Source: Cyanobacteriota bacterium (GTDB lineage Bacteria; Acidobacteriota; Vicinamibacteria; Vicinamibacterales; UBA2999). Taken from it: a DNA stretch of 64,000 bases. Positions within the stretch are counted from its first letter, which is position 1. Every line of letters starts with the position of its first letter. Position numbers and translations under genes: made by a program. Below are positions 53,635-61,484 of this stretch, piece after piece. Where the stretch lies: positions 8,842-72,841 of the forward strand of contig JAIEMQ010000006.1 of assembly GCA_019752015.1 (NCBI GenBank), read 5' to 3'. The notes beneath the pieces are model-generated. The model made no database searches, had not been told where the DNA came from, and worked only from the letters and a program-made list of their open reading frames with translations.

Positions 53635-53751
53635 AAAGTAAAAAGGAAAAAGTAAAAAGGAAAAAGGGAAAAGGAAAAAGGGAAAAGGGAAAAGGAAAAA
53701 GGAAAAACCTTTTCCCTTTTGTTTTTCGTTCTTACTTTTTCGTTTTTACTT
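53626..53751. repeat. ~83-nt polypurine short-tandem-repeat tract (GTAAAAA/GGAAAAA/GGGAAAA units) facing a ~43-nt polypyrimidine tract
   Basis: Imperfect long A/G : T/C hairpin centred at about 53708, filling the gap between convergent stops (53634 and 53746). Confidence 0.7.
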
Positions 53752-54975
53752 TAACCGAGCGTTCGTCAACTGCGCGACGCCGGAGAGGGTCGTCTGCGCG
53801 GCGTTCAATCCCAATCGAAAATCCTTATCGCTGAACGTCGCGAAGACGTCGATCGGCTGATGCCACGTCGGGTTCCAGCCCGCGCCGGTGTGCATGCCGC
53901 GCTCGTTTTCGCGCAGGCTGATCGCGGGAACGATGTCCTGGAACGCGCCCGAGTCGGTGTTGGTCATGTGCGGACCGACGGCAGCCGGATAGTCGGTCGC
54001 GTACTTTTCATTGGCGTACCGGAAATGGAACGCCAGCTTCATTGCCGCCTCGGCGTGTTTGGACTGCGACTGGAATTCAATGTTCACATCGGCTTCGGGC
54101 CGCTGTTCGGGATTCCACGTGCCGTCGGCGCGCGGCATGCCGTGATCCCACATCATCATGTCGTGCTGGATCATGCCGAGCCATTTCGGTTCGGGATAGC
54201 GTCCTGATCCGGCCGGCTCCTCCTTGCCCTGCAGTTTTTCGCGCTGCTCGACGTAGGCGCGCGCGCCATTCAATCCGGTCTCTTCGTTGTTCCACAACGC
54301 GAACCGAATCGTGCGATCGGTCACGACGTCGGGCATGCTGAAGACGCGGGCGAGCTCCATCACCAGCGCCGTGCCGGAGCCGTTGTCGTTGGCGGCTTCG
54401 CCCCAGCCGTGTCCATCCATGTGCGCGCCGACGATGTACATCTCATCGGGACGCGTCGCGCCGACCTTGGTGCAGTAGACGTCCTGGCGCGGGCCGTCCC
54501 TGGCCTCTTCCATGTTGAGCGCGCGCAGCTTCTCGTCCGGCTGGCGCAGTGGATCGTTGTTCACGCCGGTCCGCCGCGTGGTGCCGCGATAACGCGAACC
54601 GCCTGGTCCGGATCGGACTTCGCCGCTGGCGATGATCGGGTCCGGCGGTTTCTGACCGCCGGCCTGTCCACCGCCACCGCCGCCGCCCTGGCGCGCGGGC
54701 GTCTTGTATTCGTAGGTGAGACGCTCGACGTTCGCGCATCCGTAACTTTTCAGCTGCGCTTCGATCCAGTCGATCGCCTTGCGATTGCGCTCGGTGCCCT
54801 GCCGGCGATCGCCGAACGCGGTGAGGCCCTTGATCGTCGCCTTGTATTTTTCGAGATCGAGGCGGCTGACCAGGGTCTTGATCGGGTCGTTGGCGGGGGC
54901 CGGTGCCGCCGGTTGCTGCGCGTCGAGGGAGGTGGCGGCGGCGAGAGCCGCGAGGCCCATCAGGATGCGTTTCAT
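53746..54975 (-). CDS. M28 family aminopeptidase, secreted
   Basis: 409 aa. Signal MKRILMGLAALAAATSLDAQ, then GAHMDGHGWGEAANDNGSG and ALWNNEETGLNGA. Confidence 0.9.
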   Translation of the reverse strand: MKRILMGLAALAAATSLDAQQPAAPAPANDPIKTLVSRLDLEKYKATIKGLTAFGDRRQGTERNRKAIDWIEAQLKSYGCANVERLTYEYKTPARQGGGGGGGQAGGQKPPDPIIASGEVRSGPGGSRYRGTTRRTGVNNDPLRQPDEKLRALNMEEARDGPRQDVYCTKVGATRPDEMYIVGAHMDGHGWGEAANDNGSGTALVMELARVFSMPDVVTDRTIRFALWNNEETGLNGARAYVEQREKLQGKEEPAGSGRYPEPKWLGMIQHDMMMWDHGMPRADGTWNPEQRPEADVNIEFQSQSKHAEAAMKLAFHFRYANEKYATDYPAAVGPHMTNTDSGAFQDIVPAISLRENERGMHTGAGWNPTWHQPIDVFATFSDKDFRLGLNAAQTTLSGVAQLTNARLK

Positions 54976-54982
54976 GGTGCGC

Positions 54983-54988
54983 AGTATA
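54983..54988 (-). promoter_or_regulatory. -10-like box TATACT, 7 nt upstream of ATG 54975
   Basis: Minus strand TATACT-gcgcacc-ATG. Confidence 0.45.
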
Positions 54989-55121
54989 TGCGCGAGGCGC
55001 GGCGAGTGTGCAAAGCCGGGCAGCGAGACTCTCTTGGGCCATACCGAAACGTCTTCGAGTCGCCGAACATAGGGATATAGGAGAGCTGGTTCTGAAGGTC
55101 CGGAACGCGCTGGTCGTGTTG

Positions 55122-56345
55122 ATGGCGATCGCCTGCGCCCTTAGTGCGCGCGGGCCGCGGCTGCATGCGCAAACGGCGGCCGATCTCTTCGACGGCCATA
55201 CGCTGCAGCGTCTCGACATCGACCTGCACTCCGCGGACTGGGCGAAGCTGCGGCAGGAATTCCAGTCGAACCAGTACTACCCGGCCGACATTACTTGGAA
55301 CGGCATCAAGGCCTATAACGCCGGCATCCGCTCGCGCGGCGCGGGGTCCCGCAACCAGAACAAGCCGTCGCTGAAGATCGATTTCAATTACTACGCCTCG
55401 GGACAGTCGTACCTCGGGCTCAAATCGCTGGTGCTCGACAACCTCGTCCAGGATCCATCGGGCGTGCACGAGACCGCGTCCATGTGGTTCATGGCGCGCC
55501 TGGGTGTGCCGGCGCCGCGCGAGTCGCACGCCGCGGTCTATGTCGACGGCGTCTACTCCGGCGTGTACGCGCTGGTCGAGCCGATCGACAAGAACCTGAT
55601 CGCGCGCGTGTTCGGCAACGACGTTGACGGCGCGCAGAACGATGGTTATCTCTACGAGTTCAACAAGGCCGGGGAGTGGTGGCTGTCGTATCTCGGTCCG
55701 GAGCTGGAACCCTACAAGAGGTACTTCGAAGCGAGGACCCATGAGACGCAGCCGGACGAAACGCTGTATCGGCCGATTGAATTGCTGGTGCGGCTGATCA
55801 ACGAAAAGCCCGCGGAAGAACTGAACGAGGCGGTCGGGCCGTATCTCGATTTGCGCGGTCTGACGCGCTTCCTGGCGATCCAGAATTTCATCAGCGAGAT
55901 CGACGGTTTCGCCGGCAAGTGGGGGATGAACAACTTCTACCTCTATCGCCTGCCGCAACAGGCCCAGCACCGCATCATCGCGTGGGACGACGACCTGGCG
56001 TTTCTCGATCCGTCGTACGACGTGACCAGCTTTCAGGAGACGAACATCCTCGTGAAGAAGCTGATGGAAGTGCCGGAGTACCGCGCGCTGTATTTCCAAA
56101 CGCTCGGCGAGGCGATCCGATCGTCGCTCGAGGGCGCGACGCCGAGCGAGCCGGGCGCGCTCGAGTCCGAAATCCGGCGTGAGCTCGACGTGATCGACGG
56201 CGCCATGCTCCTGGACCCGGTGCGGCCCTACACGGAGACCGAATATGTCGACGCGCGGGAGTTCATGAAGCAGTTTGCGCCCCGGCGGGCGCGCTATGTC
56301 GAGTGTGAAGTGGCCCGCCTGACCGGCGCTCGCCCCTGCCAATAA
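55122..56345 (+). CDS. CotH kinase-family protein, secreted
   Basis: In ORF 54903..56345. Protein has LDIDLHSADWAKL..YYPADITWNG..IRSRGAGSRNQNKPSLKIDF..LKSLVLDN. Start uncertain: ATG 55122, GTG 55116, or CTG 55092, which would give a better signal peptide. Confidence 0.75.
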   Translation: MAIACALSARGPRLHAQTAADLFDGHTLQRLDIDLHSADWAKLRQEFQSNQYYPADITWNGIKAYNAGIRSRGAGSRNQNKPSLKIDFNYYASGQSYLGLKSLVLDNLVQDPSGVHETASMWFMARLGVPAPRESHAAVYVDGVYSGVYALVEPIDKNLIARVFGNDVDGAQNDGYLYEFNKAGEWWLSYLGPELEPYKRYFEARTHETQPDETLYRPIELLVRLINEKPAEELNEAVGPYLDLRGLTRFLAIQNFISEIDGFAGKWGMNNFYLYRLPQQAQHRIIAWDDDLAFLDPSYDVTSFQETNILVKKLMEVPEYRALYFQTLGEAIRSSLEGATPSEPGALESEIRRELDVIDGAMLLDPVRPYTETEYVDAREFMKQFAPRRARYVECEVARLTGARPCQ

Positions 56346-56466
56346 GGTTCCCGGCCGGCCCATCAGCGATTGACACGGGCGGCATTCTCTAGCAAAGTCC
56401 TAAGCACGCCCGCGCCGCCTCCGCATTTCTTCGGTGAGGCAGGCTGCCTCGGCAAACAGACCCCTG

Positions 56467-57972
56467 ATGCGCATCCACCTGATCAATCCAAGCGACGTCT
56501 CCTTTGGCGCCGCGGTCATCACGCCGCGCTGGCTCTACGTGCTGGCCGCCGCCACGCCCGCGGAGTACGGCGATCCGCAAGTCATCGATGAAACGCTCGA
56601 GCAGATCGACCTGGCCACGGTCGGTCCGGGCGACGTCATCGGCATCGGCATCCACACGCTCAACGCGCTGCGCGGCTACGAGGTCGGGCGCGCGGCGCGG
56701 GCGCGCGGTGCCTACGTGATCTACGGCGGCATTCATTCGACGCTGTTTCCGGACGAGCCGTTCGAGCACGGCGGCGCCCATGCGGTCGTCAAGGGCGACG
56801 GCGATCGTGTCTGGCCGCTGGCGCTGAACGACTGCAAGCTGGGCGCGCCGAAGCGCGTCTACGAGGGCGGCAAGATCGAAGGCGACTCGATGCTGCAGGC
56901 GCGCTGGGACCTGCTGCCGCGCGACAAGTACATGATCGCGTCGGTGCAGACGGTGCGCGGCTGCCCGAAGCACTGCTCGTTCTGCTCGGTGTGGCGCACC
57001 GACGGCCAGAAGCCGCGCGTGCGCGCCTCGGACGCGGTGATCGAGGAGCTCGTGCAGCTGCGGCGCCTCGGCTTCCGCTTCGTCGCGCTGGCCGACGACA
57101 ACTTCTATCCGGTGACGCTCGAGGATCTGCGCATGGCCGATCGGCGCGCCGACAAGAGCAACTACCATCGCTTGAAGGCGATCCGCGACGAGCGCTTCGA
57201 GCTGATGGAGCAGATGTCGAAGCTGCCGAAGGACATGAACTTCTTCACGCAGATCACGATGGAAGCGGCCGAGGATCCCGAGTATCTCGACGCGATGGCG
57301 AAGGCGCGCATTCGCGGCGCGCTGGTCGGCATCGAATCGGTGACGCCTGAGGGCCTGAAGGACGTCTACAAGGACTTCAACCTGGCCGGCGACGCGCTGG
57401 CCGAGCGTCTGCAGGAATTCAAGAAGCGCGGCGTACACGTGCTCGGATCGTTCATCTTCGGATTGCCGAGCGACAAGCCCGCGACGTTCGAGGCGACCGC
57501 GGCGCTTGCGCAGCAGGCCAACGTCACGCTCGCGCAGTTCGTGATGCTGACGCCGTTCCCGGGCACGCTCGACTTCCAGAAGTGGGAAGCGTCGGTGGCC
57601 GACGATGTCCAGAAGATCGATGGCGTGCCGGTCACGCGCCACTGGCTGATCCCGAAACACCTGCGGCCGAAGGTCTACACGCCGCATCCGGTGATGTCGC
57701 CGGAAGAGATCCGTCAGCGCACACAGGGCGTGTGGGACGAGTTCTATCGGCTGCCGCTGGTGTGGCAGCGCGCCAAGTGCGTCAAGTCGCTGAAGTCGCG
57801 GCTGGCGTTCGTCATGATCTCGAAACTCTACCGGCAGATGTACGCCAACACCGGCATCTCCACCGATAGCGCGCGCTCGAACCAGGCGCACCGCATGACG
57901 AGATTGCTGGCGCGGCCGCTCGTCAAGCTGTTTGCCGGGTCGCCGATGCCGCAGTTGCAAGTGCCTGCGTAA
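56467..57972 (+). CDS. B12-binding-domain radical SAM protein (DUF4070-like C-terminus)
   Basis: Met12 of ORF 56434..57972: MRIHLINPSD... (B12-like domain), then VQTVRGCPKHCSFCSV (CxxxCxxC). Confidence 0.9.
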   Translation: MRIHLINPSDVSFGAAVITPRWLYVLAAATPAEYGDPQVIDETLEQIDLATVGPGDVIGIGIHTLNALRGYEVGRAARARGAYVIYGGIHSTLFPDEPFEHGGAHAVVKGDGDRVWPLALNDCKLGAPKRVYEGGKIEGDSMLQARWDLLPRDKYMIASVQTVRGCPKHCSFCSVWRTDGQKPRVRASDAVIEELVQLRRLGFRFVALADDNFYPVTLEDLRMADRRADKSNYHRLKAIRDERFELMEQMSKLPKDMNFFTQITMEAAEDPEYLDAMAKARIRGALVGIESVTPEGLKDVYKDFNLAGDALAERLQEFKKRGVHVLGSFIFGLPSDKPATFEATAALAQQANVTLAQFVMLTPFPGTLDFQKWEASVADDVQKIDGVPVTRHWLIPKHLRPKVYTPHPVMSPEEIRQRTQGVWDEFYRLPLVWQRAKCVKSLKSRLAFVMISKLYRQMYANTGISTDSARSNQAHRMTRLLARPLVKLFAGSPMPQLQVPA

Positions 57973-57986
57973 AAGGAAAGTGAAAA

Positions 57987-58820
57987 GTGAAAACGAAAAA
58001 GGAAAAAGTTTTTCGTTTTTCGTTCTTCCTTGTGGCTTTCCTCGCGCTGGCAACGATAGGTGAAGCGCAGAGAAGAGGCGGGTTTCGCGGCGGGTTCAGC
58101 GTTCGGCCCGCGGTTCCGGAAGACTTCGACGGCTCGTGGCAGTTCTGCCGCGTCGCGTTCCGCGGCAATCGCGCCGGCGACGGCGGCGGCTGGAGCGTGG
58201 ACTATCCGCGCGCCGACATCAACATGTCGATCCGGTTGTCGGAGCTCACCAAGACGACGGTGGGTTTCGCCGGCGATCAGGATCCGAAACACGTGGTGAT
58301 CCAGCTCACCGACCCGACGCTGTTCCAGTGTCCGTTCATCATGATGACGGAAGTCGGCGCCGCCTACCTCAGCGACGCGGACGCCGAGGCGCTGCGCACC
58401 TATCTCCTCAAGGGCGGCTTCCTGTGGGCCGATGACTTCTGGGGCGAGTACGCGTGGGAGGTGTGGGCCGAGCAGATCGACAAGGCGCTGCCGCGCGCGC
58501 AGTTTCCGCCGAAGGATCTCCCGAAGGATCATCCGCTGTTCCGCACCATCTTCGAGACCGGCGGTGTGCCGCAGATCGCATCGATCGGGTTCTGGCTGGG
58601 CAGCGGCGGCGGCACGTCGGAGCGTTACCAGGACAGCGCCGAGCCGCATGCGCGCGCGATTTTCGATCCGCAGGGCCGCATGATGGTGCTGATGACGCAC
58701 AACACCGACATCGGCGATTCGTGGGAAGAGGAAGCGTCGAACCCGCAGTACTTCTACGAGTTCTCGACAAAGGGGTATGCGTTCGGCATCAACGCCATCG
58801 TCTACTCGATGACGCACTGA
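57987..58820 (+). CDS. DUF4159 domain protein, secreted
   Basis: 277 aa, GTG start. Signal MKTKKEKVFRFSFFLVAFLALATIGEAQ, then WSVDYPRADINMSIRLSELT..FIMMTEVG..LRTYLLKGGFLWADDFWG. Confidence 0.85.
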   Translation: MKTKKEKVFRFSFFLVAFLALATIGEAQRRGGFRGGFSVRPAVPEDFDGSWQFCRVAFRGNRAGDGGGWSVDYPRADINMSIRLSELTKTTVGFAGDQDPKHVVIQLTDPTLFQCPFIMMTEVGAAYLSDADAEALRTYLLKGGFLWADDFWGEYAWEVWAEQIDKALPRAQFPPKDLPKDHPLFRTIFETGGVPQIASIGFWLGSGGGTSERYQDSAEPHARAIFDPQGRMMVLMTHNTDIGDSWEEEASNPQYFYEFSTKGYAFGINAIVYSMTH

Positions 58821-58829
58821 CTGCTAAGC

Positions 58830-58935
58830 GGGGGTCAGACCCTGATTTCTTGCATTTTGCTTGTCTGGGGACAGGTCGGCAAAATCGAGGTCTGTCCCTC
58901 ACCTAGCAAAATGCAAAAAATCAGGGTCTGACCCC
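58830..58935. repeat. family B palindromic element, copy 2 (near-perfect palindrome)
   Basis: GGGGGTCAGACCCTGATTTCTTGCATTTTGC..GGGGACAG..CTGTCCC..GCAAAATGCAAAAAATCAGGGTCTGACCCC. It fills the gap between convergent stops (58820 and 58935). Confidence 0.85.
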
Positions 58936-59696
58936 TAACTCACAATTGCAGCTTGTAGCGCTCGGAGCCAGACCAGCATCCGATCGACGTTCGCGGAGCC
59001 CATGCGCAGGAGTTGTTTCTGCGCCGGCAGCAGCGATTCCAACTCCGCATCCCCGTAGACCCAGGCGCCTTCGTCCTCGAAGACGACGATCGGATCTTTC
59101 ACGACCGGCGTATCGAGGAGGATCTGGATCGCCTTGTCGAGCGCATTGTCGACGTCGCCGGTTGGGTTGCCCATGCGGCGATACGACTCGTTGAGCCGCG
59201 GACGGATCGTCTTGTAGATCTTCGCGACGCTTGTCGCATCGATCGACGTCACCGCTCCCACCAGGCCGTCGTAGCGGCGATAGCTGGCCGGATCGATCGC
59301 GCGGCGAGTGCCGCGCCCGCTCGCCACGAACCCTCCCGATGGCTTGACCACCTTGAAATCGCGCGCCGGCGATCCGCCGACCGCGGCGAGATCGATCGCC
59401 GACGCCAGCTGGCCGATCAGGTCGTCGGTGGCGAGCCAGTTCGCGAGCTCTGGACGCGATGAGAGGCCGCCGAGCAGCGGCCTCAGGAACGCGTCCATCT
59501 GATCCATCGGCGGCAGGTTGACCGGCGGATCGACCGCCTTCGGGACCGGCGCCTCCGTTGCGGTCACGACCGGCGGGCTCGCGTTCCGCGCGCCAGCCGG
59601 TGGCGCGGCGATTCGACGGGACATGAACCACGCGCCGCCGGCGAGGAAGACCACCAGCGCGATGGCGATGATCGCGATCGGTTTTCGATCGTCCAT
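58935..59696 (-). CDS. DUF3014 domain protein (N-terminal TM anchor)
   Basis: 253 aa. TM IAIIAIALVVFLAGGAWF, then SYRRYDGLV..ESLLPAQKQLLRMGSANV. Confidence 0.8.
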   Translation of the reverse strand: MDDRKPIAIIAIALVVFLAGGAWFMSRRIAAPPAGARNASPPVVTATEAPVPKAVDPPVNLPPMDQMDAFLRPLLGGLSSRPELANWLATDDLIGQLASAIDLAAVGGSPARDFKVVKPSGGFVASGRGTRRAIDPASYRRYDGLVGAVTSIDATSVAKIYKTIRPRLNESYRRMGNPTGDVDNALDKAIQILLDTPVVKDPIVVFEDEGAWVYGDAELESLLPAQKQLLRMGSANVDRMLVWLRALQAAIVS

Positions 59697-59713
59697 GCCT
59701 GGTTAGACGATAG

Positions 59714-61453
59714 TTACGGCATTCCGGGCGGCGGCACGCGCTTCTTCGTGGCCTGCTCGAACGCGTAGGCCAGCTCGATCAGCCGCGGCTCGCTGCAGGC
59801 CATCCCCGTAAAGCCAACGCCGTAGGGTGCCGGCGCGAGTGTGTAGCCTTCCGGAAACGGCGCCGGCGCGGGGCCCGGGCCGCCGGGCTGCGGCGGCTGC
59901 GGAACGAACAGTCCGAACGGCACGATCACCGTGGGGTAGCCCGCTTTCGCCGCAATGCCCGCGGCGCTGGCGCCGGGGAAGACGAGCGCGTCGAGCTTCT
60001 GCGCCTTCATCACTTCATCGATGCCGTGGGTCGCCGACAGAAAAATATCCTTCTCGCGATTGGCCTGCCACTGCGCGCGATCCTTTTCGAGGTCGAGCGA
60101 TTCCGATCGATCGAGATTCGTCTGTCCGTACTTGATCGCGTTGCGATTGGCGTGCGCGGTGTTGAAGGCGCGCAGCTCGGCGAGCGTCCTGACCGGCGCC
60201 TTGTCGCCCAGCGATTTGAGCAGGGCGTTGAAATCGCGTTTCATCCCGTACCACAACACGATGTTGCAGTTGGGATCGCGCAGGTTCTTGTCGCAGGAAT
60301 TGCCGGCGCCCCAGAGCAGGAAGTTCTTCTTCGGATCCGGATCGACGACGCTCGGAATGTCGGCGTCGACCACCGTCGCGCCTTCCTTCCTGAGGAATTC
60401 GATCGCGTCGGCCATCGATTTCGCCTGCGCCTCGTTGAGGCCGCCGCGCGGTTCCTGTTCACCGGGCGGCGTGATGCGATCGTAGTAGTTCGCGCGCGGA
60501 AGGCCGATGCGCGCGCCCTTCAAGCCTTCACGCTTCAGGAACGGCGTGTAATCGCGATTGGGCGGCGCCTGGCAAGTCCCGGTCGCGGCGTCGTTCGGAT
60601 CGGGTGATGCGCTCTCCATCGCGCCGAGCAGGATCGCGACATCGCTGACGCTCTTGGCCATCGGGCCGGCGGTGTCCTGATCGGCGGTGATCGGAATCAC
60701 GCCGTAACGGCTGATGCGTCCGACCGTTGGCTTGATGCCGGCGAGCATGTTCTGATTCGACGGGCTGAGGATCGAGCCCGATGTTTCGGTGCCGACGTTC
60801 GCCGCCCAGAAATTCGCGGCGGTGCCGGTCCCCGAGCTCGATCCGCCGGTGCCGAGCACCGGACGTCCATCCGCGGTGGCCTGGCGTGGATCGCGGCGCG
60901 GATCGTACGGATTCATGCCGTATCCCTGCACGGCGTTGTAGTTGCCGGGCATGCCGTTGGTGACGAAGTTGGCAAGCTCCGTCAAGGTCGTCTTCGCGAT
61001 GATGACGGCGCCTGCATCGCGCAGGTTCTTCGTCAGCGTCGCGTCGTACGGCGGTATCAGGTCCTCGAACGCAATCGCACCGCCGGTCGTGCGGATGTCG
61101 GTGGTGAGGATGTTGTCCTTGAGCGCGACCGGAATGCCGTGCAGATTGCCGCGGACCTTGCCCGACTTGCGCTCCTGGTCGAGGCGATCCGCTTCTTCGA
61201 GCGCCTTCGGATTGACGGTGATCACCGCGTTGATCTTGTCGTTGTAGAGCGCAATGCGCTGCAGGTACTGCTCGACGAGCTGGCGCGACGTGACGCGCCC
61301 GTCCCTCATGGCCTGCTGCATTTCAGGGATCGTCTTCTCGACGACGCTGAACGGCGCGTCGCTACGAGCCGCGCCGTAATTGCCGTTGGTGGTGCAGGCC
61401 GCGAGCGCGGCCGCCAGGATGAGAACGCCAGCCAGTGATTTCATGGCCGACAT
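59714..61453 (-). CDS. amidase-signature family lipoprotein
   Basis: 579 aa. Lipobox LAAALAAC, then GIPVALKDN and GGSSSGTGTA. An alternative leaderless start is ATG 61444 (MKSLAG..), 7 nt after TAATAT. Confidence 0.9.
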   Translation of the reverse strand: MSAMKSLAGVLILAAALAACTTNGNYGAARSDAPFSVVEKTIPEMQQAMRDGRVTSRQLVEQYLQRIALYNDKINAVITVNPKALEEADRLDQERKSGKVRGNLHGIPVALKDNILTTDIRTTGGAIAFEDLIPPYDATLTKNLRDAGAVIIAKTTLTELANFVTNGMPGNYNAVQGYGMNPYDPRRDPRQATADGRPVLGTGGSSSGTGTAANFWAANVGTETSGSILSPSNQNMLAGIKPTVGRISRYGVIPITADQDTAGPMAKSVSDVAILLGAMESASPDPNDAATGTCQAPPNRDYTPFLKREGLKGARIGLPRANYYDRITPPGEQEPRGGLNEAQAKSMADAIEFLRKEGATVVDADIPSVVDPDPKKNFLLWGAGNSCDKNLRDPNCNIVLWYGMKRDFNALLKSLGDKAPVRTLAELRAFNTAHANRNAIKYGQTNLDRSESLDLEKDRAQWQANREKDIFLSATHGIDEVMKAQKLDALVFPGASAAGIAAKAGYPTVIVPFGLFVPQPPQPGGPGPAPAPFPEGYTLAPAPYGVGFTGMACSEPRLIELAYAFEQATKKRVPPPGMP

Positions 61454-61460
61454 ATTAGTT

Positions 61461-61484
61461 CAAGACCTCAAGACCTCAAGACCT
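61461..61484 (-). repeat. (AGGTCTTG)x3 microsatellite abutting the stop codon of the upstream minus-strand gene
   Basis: Minus-strand reading TG(A)GGTCTTG AGGTCTTG AGGTCTTG AAC. The A of TGA is the first base of the array. Confidence 0.85.
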
